From: Hydrolagus colliei
Taxonomy: Eukaryota
DNA length: 64,000 nucleotides
Direction: 5' to 3'
Assembly: GCA_035084275.1 (NCBI GenBank)
Contig: CM068750.1
Coordinates: forward strand, 16,554,001 to 16,618,000
Under the pieces are notes generated by a model. It was given only the letters and a program-made list of their open reading frames with translations, was not told the origin of the DNA and made no database searches. The position numbers were made by a program, and so were the translations under genes. Shown piece by piece: positions 61,701-64,000 of the stretch; the first letter of the stretch is position 1; every line of letters begins with the position of its first letter.

Positions 61701-62659
61701 GCCAGAATCGGACATCTGGCTTGGCATATTGAGGCAGACATCAGTTCCTTCACACATGCAGAAGACTCAGAGGAATCATAGCTGATGTCAAAAATGCAAT
61801 TTGTTGTTGATGTAATTTCCTGCACATGTACAATCAACTGGGATCATTTATTGTGTTTCTTGTCTACGTCATCTTGTGTTGTACTGAGAGAACATGCAAG
61901 TAAACGTCTATTAACCTCACTTGAAGTTGAGGCTAAAGAAATATAAGAGAAGAAGGGCAGTGTGTCTTCTGATCTGTCAACTCTTCTGCCAACTTTTCTT
62001 GCTGAGTAATTATAATTAAAAAAAACAAAAAGGTGAATGCTTAACCGAAGATTGGAAGCGCTGGTTGAACATGGTGATCTTCTGTTTTGTGGCTTTCCAC
62101 AATGATGAACACACACTACTTCAGACAGTCATATTCACATTGAACATCAAGTAGACAATAAGGGTTAAGATGCCATAATTCATGGGCTCCAGAAATGCCA
62201 CATGTGACTATTTTTAATTTCTTCCGCGGCATTGTAAGAGTACCTATTCACTTGACATAAAAGTTGACTAATTTGCTAGGATGCCTGATGGGCAGGTATG
62301 AAGCTGCTGTGATTGAGAAATTGTGACAGCTTCTGAGGTCACCACGGGTTCCATAGAAGTCAACAACAAATTACACCTGTTTCGTGCCTTTCATATCAAG
62401 AGGACATCCCAAAGCGGTGGACAGTCAGGGATAGGCACCTTTGGAAAACATCAATGCCTGGGGGACTAGTGATATTCCAACTCTCAACTTCATTTGACTT
62501 GGACATCTACAAGTATTGTGTTCACCTGCCTTGACTTCAGAAATTGATTTTTTAACTGCCCCAACAGTTAAAAGATGTTTCATCTGTCAACAGATGTTTC
62601 ATCTGAGTGAAAAACTGCAGGCATGGTACCTCACCTAAACAGATTGGAAGTTAGCCCCC

Positions 62660-63098
62660 GACAGCGAAAGGCAAGCATCCTCAATTTCAAGGCCATTCAC
62701 GGCCTTGCCCCCTCCTATCTCTCTGACTTGCTATCCCACTATGAACCTGCACGTCCCCTCTGTTCAGCAGTCTCCGGTCTACTCCATGTCCCCCACCCGA
62801 CCCGCCCTACCATCGGCAGACGGGCTTTCAGCGTCTCTGCCCCCATACTCTGGAATTCCATCCCACAGTCCCTTTGCCTCACTTCCTCCCTTGCCTCCTT
62901 CAAGGCCGTTCTCAAAACCCTCCTCTTTGATTGTGCCTTCTGCTGTCCTCCCAACTCTCTCCCTCCCCTCCTAACTCTCTCCCACCCCCCCACCACCTAC
63001 CCACTCCTTTGCTTGGGTCCACACCTGACTTTTCAGCGCCTTGGGACGTCCTCCCGGCATGAAAGGCGCTCTATAAATGTAATTTTGTTGTTTGTTAT
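62660..63098 (+). mobile_element. L2-clade LINE 3' fragment with intact tail
   Basis: FKAIHGLAPSYLSDLL...IGRRAFSVSAPILWNSIPQSL...SLASFKAVLKTLLF; 3'UTR GCGCCTTGGGACGTCC...GAAAGGCGCTCTATAAATGTAATTTTGTTG. Confidence 0.9.
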
Positions 63099-64000
63099 AT
63101 TAGTGGAGGTGTGAAAATCTCACATTTTTAAATATCTTTGCTAAATATAAAATACATGTAAATATGAAGAATAATTCTTGGGAAGTCTGTGGGAGCCTAA
63201 TTATTTTGCAAATCACATACAAAATAGGATCACTAACTACACTTTATGGTAAATCCTGTTTAACTCTGAGATACCCTTTCACTTGAAAATCTCCGAAAGA
63301 CCCAAGAATTATTCAATTTTGCTGGATTTGTCTTAAAATGCAAGATGCCTTTGAAACTATGTATTCGCTATGGCCCGTTGAAATGCCAATCTAAAATACA
63401 TTTCCAATAGCGATGGAAACAATGCTCTCATTTTGCACTTACTGTACTATAAAAGCAAAATGAACTGAGCATTAATCAAATGTAGGCATAACTCCACTTT
63501 GTTGACTAATCAGAAAAACTTAAATATTTAGCAGACACGTTCAGTTTCCAATTTGCTGCGATTTTGAGCCTTGTTCATTACTCAAGTCATGACCAACAGT
63601 ACATTGGTAAAACACCAATATTAATCAGGCAACAAGGTGGAGAGCTGTATAGGGCAGCAGCTGAAATTGCCTCCCTAAGGCACCTCACTCTAATTACTCA
63701 CGAGTGACAAAATTCTGGAGATACCACAACACAGGCATTAAATATCCTACAGTGAAAAGTTTTGTACCAAGCGACCTGTACACTGATTGGAGAAAAGTGC
63801 TTCAATAATTAGCAATCTGCCTTCACACTATCACGAGGATGTGATTTGCCAGTGGCGTAAATCCCAGTTTGAACAATTTGGCAGTGACTACAAACATTGG
63901 GATCTGCATCTAGGTCACTTTTGCTGACATTCAAGCTTTAACAGTTTACTTTTTTTTTTTACTAATCTTCAACCTTGGCAACACGGGAGATTTTTCCACA

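Noticed and set aside
61586-62116. Two same-frame minus ORFs separated by one TGA, with a CAG|GTTATA possible donor near 61618
   Set aside because: Considered as a missing or alternative NUMB exon, but it has no similarity to the expected YLGHVEV...ICEDAVKRLK exon, no good acceptor and a weak donor.

Overview
Vertebrate (eukaryotic) genomic DNA. The repeat content (SacSINE1/Deu-like SINEs, abundant CR1 and L2 LINE fragments) points to a cartilaginous fish, possibly a chimaera; this taxon call is inference. There are two convergent protein-coding genes. (1) A complete papilin gene (PAPLN, + strand), rebuilt by hand as 25 phase-consistent GT-AG coding exons from 1511 to 38313 (3783 nt, 1260 aa). 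Domain order: signal peptide, TSP1, Cys-rich/ADAMTS spacer, five more TSP1 repeats, three CCxDG repeats, Kunitz, three Ig, PLAC. (2) The 3' part of NUMB (- strand): 8 coding exons from the 33-nt PTB-insert microexon (56153-56185) to the stop at 43327, including the 144-nt PRR-insert exon. Introns are rich in tRNA-derived SINEs and CR1/L2 fragments, and contain one nearly intact CR1 RT region and a Tigger/pogo transposase relic. There are no prokaryote-type systems (CRISPR, operons). Best candidates for something undescribed: a cryptic NUMB exon (54029-54245) that could supply an alternative N-terminus or act as a poison exon; a tandemly duplicated 177-nt TSP1 exon in PAPLN; an 85-nt NUMB intron retaining an RBFOX site; a strong unproductive NUMB 3' splice site; and two intronic hairpins next to splice acceptors. 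All of these need RNA-seq or comparative data to confirm. Repeat boundaries are approximate.
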